DNA of 64,000 bases from contig OX597837.1 of the NCBI GenBank assembly GCA_951406725.2, forward strand, positions 15,562,001 through 15,626,000, in the 5' to 3' direction. Under the pieces are notes generated by a model. The model was not told the origin of the DNA. It was given only the letters and a program-made list of their open reading frames with translations, and did no database searches. Origin of the DNA: Octopus vulgaris (Eukaryota). The number at the start of each line of letters is the position of its first letter. Positions within the stretch are counted from its first letter, which is position 1. Shown in pieces: positions 45,901 through 58,300 of this stretch. The position numbers and the translations under genes were made by a program.

Positions 45901-48900
45901 CTTCTCAGTCTGTCCAGAATTATCGGTCGTTTGGTGTCTGGTACTAATAAAAACTACGAGTTTGAAGTACATGTGTCCAGAGGTGCAGGTGTAGTCAGAT
46001 GGGCCCCAAAGTCGTGGCCTAATTTTAAGCAACGATAACTTTAACAGCATCCTCTACACTCTCTGATTTTGAAAATATTTGGCTGAGAAGGAAACTTGTT
46101 AATCACACTCCCATACCTCATCATCTTCGTTTAACATGTGCTTTCGGGGAACCAGCCACTTGCAGGGATGCTTCAAGCTCCAGTGTCTGCTTTGGTATGG
46201 TTTCTATGGCTGAATGCCCTTCCTAAATGCCAACCATTTTACAGAGTGTGGACTGGGTGGGTTTTTTTTATTCATGCCACCAGCACTAGTGAGGTGGCCA
46301 TGACGCTTGCAAAACAGAAAAAGGAAAAAGAGGGAAAAGCTCCCACTACTAAGAAGTATTTGAGAGGGAACGATGGGGGTGGGTGTATACCAGGTGTTGA
46401 AAGGGTGAAGTAAAGCAGAAAGACAAGCACAGGTGTCTTGCTTACAGAGGGGATAAATGGTTGAAGGAGATAAGAGGAAGGTAGTGATGGGTGCCAGATC
46501 AAACTCTCAAAGAATAAGAAAGTGAGTGCCGGTCTCAAATATATTGTCTTAAATTCTGATATTGAACTTGTTTAGAATTTTCCAATAAAAGATTATTAAA
46601 TTTCTTTGGTCTTCAAAGGGAAATATGAATGTAATAACTTCGTTTGAACTTAATTACAATCTTTAACTTATTGACGATATATTTTTTTTATAATACTTTT
46701 TTTATTGTATTCTTTGTTTTAGCTCTTGAACGTTATAATTCCTGTTCATCCGTTGATTCCCTATGGAGAGATATCGAAGCCCTTTTAGACAAGCTGAAAT
46801 ATCGAACATTTCAAAACCTTTCCAGCAACACAGTAGCAACAATCTCCAAATTTAGAACTCAACGAAAGGTTCAGAAAGGAGACACATTGACAGTTATTCC
46901 TGAAAAAATTGGCGATGAATTGTTATCCACAACTCATTCTTCAAGTAATGATTTGGCTAAAAAGTTGAAGCAAAATAGCGTCACTTTCAAGAAGGTAACT
47001 TTTGAAAACAAAAACTCCTCTACTTCAGATAATTCTGTTGTAATCTGCAGTTAAGAGGTCCTACATCCTTATTTGGCTCCCACATGTTATTCTACAGTAG
47101 GGTATATTCCAGGACTGGGTACACATGTAGAACTCCTTTTGTCATAAGATCAATACAAGAATTATATAAGATGGTGATGAAGGATATCGGGCTTTGATAA
47201 TAGATCGCAACATTTGTTTCTGCGCTGTACAATATATATCATTATAGAACATTCTTTAGAATTCTCATGTAGTTGAATATTTTTCAGCAACAGCCGTGTG
47301 TGTGTGTGTCTTTGTGCCTGTTTGTTCAGCCCCCCCCCCCTCAGCTGCTTGGCAACTAATGTTGGCTTGTTTACGTCTCCATAACTTACTGGTTCAGCAA
47401 AAGAGAACAGACAAACGAGTATGGGATTTTGAAAATATGTCCGGGGGGGGGGGAGATTCATTTTCATTAATTTTGCAATAATGAAGTTATTAATTATGCC
47501 ATGTGATTAATAACAAAGATGTACCAGTTCTTAGATATAATTATGATGGAAGGATTTAATTCACGCGTGAGCAATTTTAAAGCCTGACGCCATGTCTCAT
47601 AGAAGTGGAGATGGTCTCAAATGGGTTGGCAGCAAAAAATGGTTGTTCTGCATTGTGTGTTTCTTTTTTGTGTATTTAATTCCAATTGAAATATTTCTAA
47701 TCAATTTTACTTTACAGTCAGACAACCATGAAAATCAGACAACAACGAAAAACCATCAACAAGAGGAATCACCGGAAAACTTAGACTGTGATATAATTAC
47801 TTTGAATTCCCCACCCCAACCACCACCACCACCAAACGAAGAAGAAATAACCGAGGCAGAGGAAAGAAATGATGAAGATGTGTTACCCGAAAAAAGGAAG
47901 GTTCCAGAATCTAGTAAGGACAATAACCAGGCAACCAGAAGCAAGAAATCAGGATCTTCAACTGGTAATATCTGTCTTAAAGATTTAACTACACCTTCAT
48001 CATCATCCCTTTTTTCCATGCTGGCATGGGTTGGACAGTTCCACATGAACTGATGGTCAAGAGGACTGGACTGAGTTCCAATGTCTGCTTCGGCCTGGTT
48101 TTTGCCACCGGATTCCCATTCCTAATGCCAATCGCTTCACAATGTGTACTCGGAAGCTTTTTTTCTGTGGCACCAGCACTTGTTAGGTTGCCAAGTACTC
48201 CTGCAAGTCAGAAACCTTTTGAGTGATTGGGGTACTGTATTAAGGGAGGTGAGGGTATGATAGAGTGTAGGAAGAGGTGTCTTGCTGAAGAGGGCAATAC
48301 ATGACTTCCCCATCGCAAGGGAGAGAGAGAGGGAGATGTGAGATCAAGGTACAAGGGATGTGAGACAGAATATAGCGACAGAATAGAAAAGGTGGTTAGA
48401 TAGGTGAAAAAAAAATGGCTATAATAATCTGGCAGTGTGTCTCTTTGTCTGTGTGTCCCTTAACAGGTACATCAGAAGTAATTAGTTGCTATTATACTTT
48501 TACTATGTGTATTTCGTTAAAATACTGACAGCTGATTACTTGTGTAGAAATGTGCATTTTATAGATTGTGTGTTTAGTTTTCCTTGTCCAAGTTTTGTAG
48601 AATTGAAACCTTGACTCTCAAGAAGTAGCTTTGAGACTGCCTTGATGCCCCTTCAGTAGGTTTCTCATGCAGGCTCAAAACATCTCAAAATCAAAGAGGA
48701 GAGATTTATGGAGACATTTCACTTGACTCTACTTATTCTGGCTCATTGCAAGGTAGGCTTCACTGACCACTGCTGCAGTAATGAACAATAGACTTATATG
48801 GGAGACTTCCACATCTTGGTTGGAAACAGACACACAATGTGAAATTGAGGATGTATTAAAGTTATGGGGGAGAAGAGATTTCTGGATTAGCCCCGTGAAA

Positions 48901-51900
48901 CGAGGATTCAACATCTGAAGAAGGAATGTGTCTCTGCGATTGTGTTTGCTGGTGTACATAATTTCAACCCGTTAGCATTCAAATTATTGTTTTGAATGTG
49001 TATGTGTGTGACCCCCTTCATTCATGAAGGACCATGGAATTGCACCTAGAAAGTTACCCTCCGAGGCACAAGCCTGGGCAAAGTTGTTTATGGAAGACCA
49101 GCAGTCGCCCACACATACCGGCCTCCCTTCTCCATGCCACCATTGTTATCCAAGGGAAAGGCAAAGGGGCCGATACAGCTTGGCACCATTGACGTCGCAG
49201 CTCATTTATTAACGTGCAAGTGGTTGAGTATTCCACAGACACATGTAACCTTAACGTAGTTCTCGGGGAGATTCAGTGTGTCTCAAATGCAATGCTTATT
49301 TATTCACATTGTTTTGAATTAATCAGGCTTTATCTTGTAGCTTCCAAGATTTTAATGGTGTGATTGCTTATTTTTAGAATGTCATTGTAGGACAGGTGTG
49401 AGAAGCCAGATTTGGCCAGCTTAAAAATAAAGCAGGGAGAATATTTGGGATGGACACGGTCCGGTTTAAATGCCAAAGAGTTAAAGGTATTCTATAGCTA
49501 ATGAGGTAACCACTGTGCAATTGGTCAACCTGCTAGTAATAAGCAGTCAAATAGCCCTCAAATCACACACATCAGCATCTGAGTTTGTTTGTAATTGAGT
49601 TTATTTATTATCAAGTTTTTGCATGTAAAGACTTGGAGAGCAAAACAGAACAACAAATATGAAACAACAGCCATGGGAGCGGATTAGATGGATGGAAACA
49701 ATACTTGTTGTATGGGTGTGTGTGTGTTTCTATCTCTTTGATAGTTGTAAATGAGTGTCACTGTTATACAAGCAGCGTCATTCATTCCCAGTGTTCTGTA
49801 GGAACATGTCTGGCTATGGTGGAATATTACTTTGCTTGGAAACAGACGAGGGTTGGCAACAGGAAGGGCATCCAGCTGTAGAAATACCTGCCTCAATAAA
49901 TTGCATCTAACTGACTCTGTTGTACCTTGAGCAATGATCTTCACCTACAGTTCCAGGACCAATGAAACCCTTTATTTCCAATCTTCCATAAATGCATATT
50001 TGGTTGTGGGGGGAATATTGCTTTACTTGGAAACAGGTGAGGGTTTCTGACAGGACAGGCCTCCAGCTGTAGAAAATCGGCCTCAATAAAGTCCATCCGA
50101 CCCATACAAAACATTAAAGCAATAATGAAAACACATTAAACAGTATATTTTATATATTTTTATATCTTGCTTCTTTGTTATTTTTTTTATTATTTTTTCT
50201 TTATATATTTTTTATATTTTTTCTTTTCTTTTCTTTTTTTCAGCTAAAGGCTCTGATATTCTACAAAATGCCATAACAATCTCTGGTATGTTAGCTTCTG
50301 ATCCAACATCAGGGAATGTGAAGGAACCGTCCAAGGATAAACAACATTCTGCTCCTAAGAAACCAGCATCTGTGGAACTTGTTGCCGATAAAAGAACTTT
50401 AAAAGATGGCTCCTTTGCTAATTCTTCACCGCTGTCATCTTCTTCACCACCACCACCACCTCCACCACCATCACCATCACCACCACCATCATCACCTTTA
50501 TCATCACCACCACCACCATCACAACCATCATCATCATCATCACTACCTTCATGTTCACTTTCTACGCTACCATTGTCAATGTCACCATTACCATCATCAT
50601 CATCATCAACAACAACAGCAGCTTTAACATCTACAACAACAATAACAACAGCAACAACAACAGTCCCATTGACAGAACTGACCACAACTACTACTACCAC
50701 CACCACCACCACCTCTGCAGACACATTCCTCTCTGAAAACCCTTCAAGGGATCCATCGTTATTATCAAATACTCAATCACCTGACCAGACCAAACAGTCG
50801 TCTGCAGAATCTGTATCCGTGTTAGAAACAGGCCCCAGTGTTGATGTGGCCCCTTCACCTTCACCTCCTGTTTCTCCTTCCACCACCACCACCACCACCC
50901 CAGCTGATACAACCACCACCACTACTACTACTGCTGCCTCCACCACCACCACCACTACCACCACATCATCAGCATCATCATCATCATCAAATCTTCCTAT
51001 GAACAGCCTCTCTTTATTTACCCCCTCTTTCACCACTTCACCCTGTCTGATCACTTCAGTGACCCAACCCAACTTTTACAGTATGGCCGGTTTGGCATTC
51101 ACCCCAACAAAGACCTCGCCTAATATTTATCGAACTCCAGTGAAATCTTCCTCTCAGAAAGCTCCCCAACATTTGTACGAAACCTTAAATACTCCAGTGC
51201 GAGACAGAGATGCCCCCTTCTTTGACTCCCTGACTCCTTCAAAACAACTGGACTCGGATTATGCGAAATCAAAACGGAAACGGTATGTCTGATAATCCAA
51301 TCCGATTCAGGTTTTCTATCTCAGAAGTTCACTTGTTTGCAACATGTTTTAAATCACCATCATCATCATCATCATTGCTATTATTTTTCATTTCTTGTAG
51401 ATGTCCCCCGGAGAAAAGACCTCTGGATATTTTCACTGCTGGACCTTCCCAGTTACGAGCTGATTCCAGTAACAGTCAAGACGGCTCTTATAACAAAGAT
51501 TCTATTCCTGTAAGTGAAAAGTCTGCTTATTTTCTGGTGTTTTCATTGACCCCTAAATCAGCCCCGATGCTCTCCCTTCAGTCCATCACACCCTATTGGC
51601 CATCAACAACCTTTCTCTCTTCTCCTCTGTTCTTGTCTCCGGGTTGTCTTTCCTGCTTTTCCAGCCCTGCCTCGTTATTCCAACTCCACCTATTTTTAGG
51701 GTGTCCTCTCTCTCCTGCCTCCCTTGTGAGTTTCCTGATTGAGCTGGCTTATGATTAGAGTTGGTCAAGCCATGACTATTCTATCGTATTGAATCTCAGG
51801 TACTTCATCAACTGATGCAGTGTTTCTCATGAGGTGTGAGGAGGCACTCATGGGGTTGGAGGGGCTGTGACGATTGAAAGTGGGTGGAGCTGACAAATTA

Positions 51901-52307
51901 CCTGGCTAAACCTTTTTCCTCCAAAACTGTTGTCCTTCTGCTTAAATTAGAAATAATCGTTAAAGAGGTGGGCACCAAAAATGTTTTACTAATTTGTTTG
52001 TTGGGGAAAACCTGGCATGTGTTGGTGTGAGGGTCACTTGTCTGATGTTTCCTTCTTCGGTTTTAAGTAGGGTGCATGATTTGAGGGAAATTTTAATAGA
52101 TCAAGGCCTGCATTATGTGTCACATCACTCCTTTGTTTTAATTATCTTTTATCTCCCTACTGATTGCAGTCTTTAGATTGTGGCCATGCTGGGACACCAC
52201 TTCGAAGCATTTTTAGTTAAATGAATTGACCCCAGGACTTCCAGTTGCCAAGCAGTGTATGTGTGTGTGTGGGGGGAACAAATGCAGATACAAAGACACA
52301 CACACCC

Positions 52308-52352
<45 letters not shown>

Positions 52353-55300
52353 GCTTCTTTTAGTTTCCATTTACCAAATCCACTGATATGACTTTGTTTG
52401 GCCTGAGGCTGTAGTAAAAGAAACTTGCCCAAGGTGTCATATGTTGGGACTGAACCCAGAACCATGTGGTTGGGAAGCTAGCTTCTTACCACACAGCCAT
52501 GTCTGTGTATGATTAGAGGGAATTTTGGCTGCTTCTTCTTCATTAGTTTATAACGACAAAGAGTTTGTAGAGAATTTCCAGCAGATCATTTGGAAGAAGG
52601 TGAAGCGAATGTACCTGGTGATGGCAGTGGCGGCTGCTGCTGCTGCCCCCTCTCCCCCTCACCTGTGCCGACCCACCCACACACAGCACTGGTATGGTTT
52701 TTTTCTTTGTCAACTCTGAAAGGCAAAGTCAACCTTGGCAGAATTTCAACTCAGAAAGTAAAGGTGGACTAAATACCACCAGGCATTTTGTTCGTTAGGC
52801 TAACGATTCTGCCAGCTCATGGTTTTTATGTCTTTTGTCTTTATTAACACGTTTTTTGTTTGTTTTGTTTTCACAGACATTTGTTGAGAAAGTTATTTCT
52901 GAGACCAGCCTAGCGAAAGCGCTGGCCGCCAACATCAACAAGAAACTTTATGGTGATTCAAAGTTGGATTTAGCATCAAAGAATGGTGAACCGAAACAAG
53001 TGGAAGAGAAACTGCCTGCAGACTGTGATAAATTAATGGCTGATATATTATTGACTGTGAGTATAACCAAGTTCTTTACCTGAAAAGCACAAAAAGTGGA
53101 CTAACTGAGAGAAAGTTGGACATAAGAAGCATCAGATGTGGTGTGCAAGGGAGATGGTATTGTCATATGTTGCATATGGATGAGGACAGCTGTGTGAAAA
53201 AGTGTCACACCCTAGCAGTAGAGGGAACCTGTGGAAGAGGTAGACCCAGGAAGACCTGGGATGAGGTGGTAAAGCATGACCTTTGAATGTTGGGCCTCAT
53301 GGAGGTGATGACAAGTGACCACGACCTTTGGAGACATGCTGTGCTTGAGAAGAGCCAAGTGAAACTGTAACCGTGGCTTATGCTAGTGCAGCATAACCAG
53401 CCCGTTTAAGAGTACTCTTCAATCATTGGGCATTAAACTCTGCTTGTGAAGACCTGTTGAGGCAAGTGAAGTCATGGTGGCCAATGACTGTACTGCCTGA
53501 TTGGCACCCAATGTAAAAAGTTCTATTTGAGTGTGGCCGATGCCAGTACTGCTTGACTGGCCCTCATGTTGGGGGCACATAAAAAGCACCCACTACACTC
53601 TCAGTGATTGGCATTAGGCAGGGCATCCAGCTGTAGAAACATTGCCAGATTGGATTGGAGTCTGGTGCAGTCTTCTGGCTCGCCAGCCCTCAGTCAACCT
53701 GTCCAACCCATGCCAGCATGGAAAGTGGACGTTAAACGAAAACGATGACGATGATGGTGGTTGGTGTAATGTTAGATTTGCATTGGTTTGTTATTTGTAC
53801 TTCTCTGAAAATTACAACTTACAAGCAGTGATGTTATGTCTCCTGGCAACAGATTGTCCATTGGGTTTGCGTCTTTAACCCCTTACCCGGCAGAAACGAA
53901 TATATGTGTTTTGACTGAAATCGTTTTTTTCTATCTCTGGCGAGTTAACTCGTCAAAAGATAAACTCGCCAAAACATAGTAAAATAAAACAATTAAAAAA
54001 TATGTCTGAAAAAATACATTTATTTTCAAAATAATTGTTGGGTAAGGGGTTAAAGATGTGTGAAGTAAAAGGTCCCCTACTTGCAAAACAAGTAACCCTT
54101 CATGACATTCAGGACATCCGGCTGTTAAACAATAATATATTCAGTTCTGTATTTAAGAGATGAAGAATTATTTACATTATTGACATTTGACGGATATTTG
54201 TCCCTCATCTTGTTTGTTGTTAACACAACGTTTCAGCTAATATACCCTCCAGCCTTCATCAGGTGTCTTGGGGAAATTTCGAACCTGGGTTCTCATTCTT
54301 AAGGTATTTTTCAATGTTATTATTATTATTATTATTGAGCTGCAAACCCCAAGATTACGAGTTTAATTCCAGGCAGTGACCTGAACAATAATAATAATAA
54401 CATTGAAAAATACCTTAGGAATGAGAACTGAGGTTCGAAATTTCCCGAAGACACCTGATGAAGGTTGGAGGGTATATTAGCTGAAACGTCGTGTTAACAA
54501 CAAACAAGATGAGGACAAATATCTGTCAAATGTAAATAATATATTCATCTAACCCATGCTAGCATGCAAAAATGAATGTAAACACAAATGACTTATAAAG
54601 TGGTTTCCTTAGCCTGGAAACAACCCTTCCAGATCTGGCAGACATAAGAATAGCTATGTGTTTAAGGTTAGATTTTCCATAGAAATTATAACCAGAACTA
54701 ATTTTTGTTATGACATTTCATATCCAAGACGGATATGAAACATCGTAACAAAACTGAGTGCTGGTTGTAATTTCTATGGGAAATTTGTAGGGATAACCTT
54801 AACGAGTGATGTAAAAAGCACTGCTGACACAGTAGGACATGGCATTGACTTGTAAAACATTTAATATACTTCAGAATATAATTTGGTTGCCTAATGAAAT
54901 ATCGTGTCCCTACAAGTCATTGATTAATAACACTGAGGAGGTTTATTAAGACTGAAACATGTCCAAGGTTGTTCTGTTTGCCAAAGATCAGACTAGCTTC
55001 TTTGTTACCATATTTCTGTTGAAATATTTTGCCTTTGTTTGAATTCCGGCTTGGAAAATGAATGTTAAATGATGATGGTGATGATGATATCTTTGAAAGT
55101 GTTAAAGCGTTTTGGTTTTAATGAAATCTTTTTCTCTCTCTTTCTCTTCTCCTAGGACTTCCATATGACCAAAGATGACATTGAAGAAGTTATCAACCAG
55201 ACAAGCAATGATGGCATTCCAGTTCTCGATGATCTTATCAAACTCTTTTCATCTGGTAAAATATTTTCCTCTTCTAAGGCAGTGAGCCAGCAGAATCCTT

Positions 55301-58300
55301 AGCACGCCGGGTGAAATGCTTAGAGGTATTTCGTCTGTCTTTACATTCTGAGTTCAATTTCCACCAAGGTTGACTTTGCCTTTCATCCTTTCGAGGTTGA
55401 TAAATTAAGTACCAGTTGTGTACTGAGGTCAATCTATTTGACTGGGCCCCTCCCCCCAAATTTCAGGCCTTGTGCCTAGAGTAGAAAAGAATATTGTTTT
55501 CTTCTATTTTGAGATTTCCGTTCAATCTCTTAATATTATTATTGTTGGTTAATTTAACCATTTACAACCAGGAACCAACGACCCTGACATGTCAAAGAAT
55601 CGCTTGGAATTTATTGTTTGTCTTTTACTTGTTTCGGTCATTTGGGCTATGGCCATACTGGGGCACTACTGCCTTGAAGGGTTTTAGTTGAATGAATTGA
55701 CCCCAGGACCTATTTTCTTCCATTTTAAGTCTGGTATTTATTTCAATGGTCTTTTTGCTGAACTGCTAAGTCATGGGAACAGAAACAAACCAACACTGGT
55801 TGTCAAGCAGTGGTAGGGTGTGTGACTAATACACATACACACACACACTCTCTTTCTCTCTCAGTATTCTTCTAGCCATTATTTATTGTCTCTCTTTAAC
55901 CAATTCCAACAGCTTGCCTTCTCCACTGCCACCTGGATGTCATTTGTGATGGTATTTACTTTACAATAAGTTCCGCCTAGCAACAGCAACCATCACCTCA
56001 TTCCGTTTCCAAGGAATCCTCTACATCCAACTTCGATTGGATAATACTCTGCTTTCCAGCTTTTGTCTTCACATTCCTTGTGGAGGTGTTTAATCCTAAG
56101 CATCAGGATTAAATAGCAACAGTTCTTAGAGTCCATTTTCTGTATTAAAGTCCATTGTTGTGACATTCAAAGCATTTTATTCTTTACAAACAATATACAA
56201 TGCTTCAAGCAAACTACAATACTCTCTTATTTGATATGTTTTTTTTTTTAATATTTTCCCAGTTTCCGATGAAGGCATCTCTGATGATAATTCTTATCAA
56301 GGTATTGAACTAGAAGAAACCAATTCTTATTCCAGTAACCTTCACAAAGACACTGGACAACGGTCAAAAATGTCTTCTCTTGAAAATGCTAATGCCATCC
56401 ATACCAGTTCTTCCAATGAGGAAAACCGTAAGAAATTTCTTTCCTTTTTCCTTTCTTGATTGTGTTTTTGTTCAAATTATTTTAATGAGTTAAGGACATA
56501 ATTTCCTTCCCTTTCTCTGAATCTTACTGATCCAACTGACCATTGTAAATGACTCTCTGCCAGTTTTGGCAATTTGTATTTCAATGGTTTTTAATCCTGT
56601 CGAGTGTGCAGAAATCCTCCTCACAAAAGTAGGAAAGTATTCAAGTTGGGTGGGGAACCAGTTTAGTCTGTGATCACTTGACCATGGAACAGGTTCTTCA
56701 TGGTACCAATTCACATTTTCTGAGCCACATCAAATAAAGAATCCCTTACTTGAAAAAAAAAAAAGAAAAGATGGTAAGGGTTAGCAACAGGAAAGGCATC
56801 TGACTGTAAAAGAAATATAATGAGAAATACTGAAATCCATAAATTTCAGTATTTATAGAAATAGTTATTTGTGCAAAAATGTGTATCCGTTGTGCGGAAG
56901 CCATGAGAGTCTTTGAATCTACATTCACATTACTACAGTACACATTCATCCACTACGGGGGGTGTGGTGTGGGCCTCCTAATACTGCACTACTGTGGGTG
57001 TGTCTTCTTATATTTTGGCTCCATCTTCTCTACTGTGGGTGTGTCTTCACCAACAACTTCTCTCACCACTGTATTTTGATTATTTAATATATAATCCAAA
57101 ATAAGGCGGCGAGCTGGCAGAATCGTTAGCATGCCAGGTGAAATGCTTAGTGGTGTTTCTTCTGTCTTTATGTTCTGAGTTCAAATTCCGCCGAGGTTGA
57201 CTTTGCCTTTCATCCTTTCGGAGTTGATAAATTAAGTACCAGTTGCATACTGGGGTTGATCTAATTGGCTTGATCTAATTGGCTGGCCCTGTCTCCCCAA
57301 ATTTCAGACCTTGTGCCTAGAGTAGATAAGAATATATAATCCAAAATGCTTCACATAAAAATTTTAAAAAACTTCTTTTTCTGTTTTGAAGGAATAAATC
57401 GGAAAGCACCGAGAACATTCTTACAAATTGTTGATAAACTTTGTCCAGATGAGTCCAGTTCACATTCTCAAGACAATTCTTTAGACCAGAATTCTATTGA
57501 GGAGAAACAACAAGATGATGAAGTACCATCATCTTGTAATATTTCCAGCCCAACGGATAATCAACCTGATGTACAAACTGTGGAAAGTTCCAGCAAAATC
57601 GGTGAAATATTACCCAGTGAAACCGAGTCTGAACATTTACCTGCCATTCAAAATAAAAGCAAAGATTCTAAGACTTGCAAAAATTTCACTTCAATGGAAG
57701 GAAGAGAAGGCAATTCAATTCAGTCTCCTGTTTTAGATAACCAAGTTTCATCACCACAAATGTCTACTGCAAAGGAGGTGTCTTCTGCTGCAGTGGGTGT
57801 GTCTTCTGCTGCAGTGGGTGTATCTTCTACTGCAGCGGGTGTATCTTCTACTGCAGCGGGTGTGTCTTCTACTGCAGTGGGTGTGTCTTCTACTGCAGTG
57901 GGTGTGTCTTCTACTGCAGTGGGTGTGTCTTCTACTGCAGCGGGTGTGTCTTCTGCTGCAGTGGGTGTGTCTTCTACCACTACTACTCTCTCTACTGATA
58001 CAGTAATACAACCTACTGATGATGTAAGAGACTTCTGTGAGCATCTCTTAACCAACACCTCAGCATCTCCTTCGTCCTCTTGTGTGCAACAGACCTCCAG
58101 TTCCAATTCTTCAAAAGGACTGAAATGTCCAGTGAAAACAACCGCAGTTGCACGTCTTACATATACATCAGCTTCAACCAGCACTGCAGAAGGAACTACA
58201 CCTGTGGCCTCCAAAAGCAATTCTTTGAAAGCATCTGATGCTCCCCAGCCTGTGCCAGTGGCACAGATCACAAATAGTAATTTACGAGTTCTGTCTCACA

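Larger units (their letters stand above)
54166..54541. mobile_element. Hammerhead-bearing, tRNA-headed repeat in fold-back arrangement (copy 2)
   Basis: About 155-bp inverted arms, each with a hammerhead motif; the spacer (54337-54385) is the 3' half of the tRNA-like head seen at 29845. Confidence 0.8.

Noticed and set aside
50212-51072. Antisense poly-V/G/D ORFs and the His-rich alternate-frame ORF
   Set aside because: Shadows of the trinucleotide tracts in NPAT exon 5.
57720-58271. Antisense ORFs with (AVEDTPT)n or (CSRRHTH)n; CRISPR-like appearance
   Set aside because: Shadow of the coding minisatellite; no unique spacers, and the context is eukaryotic.
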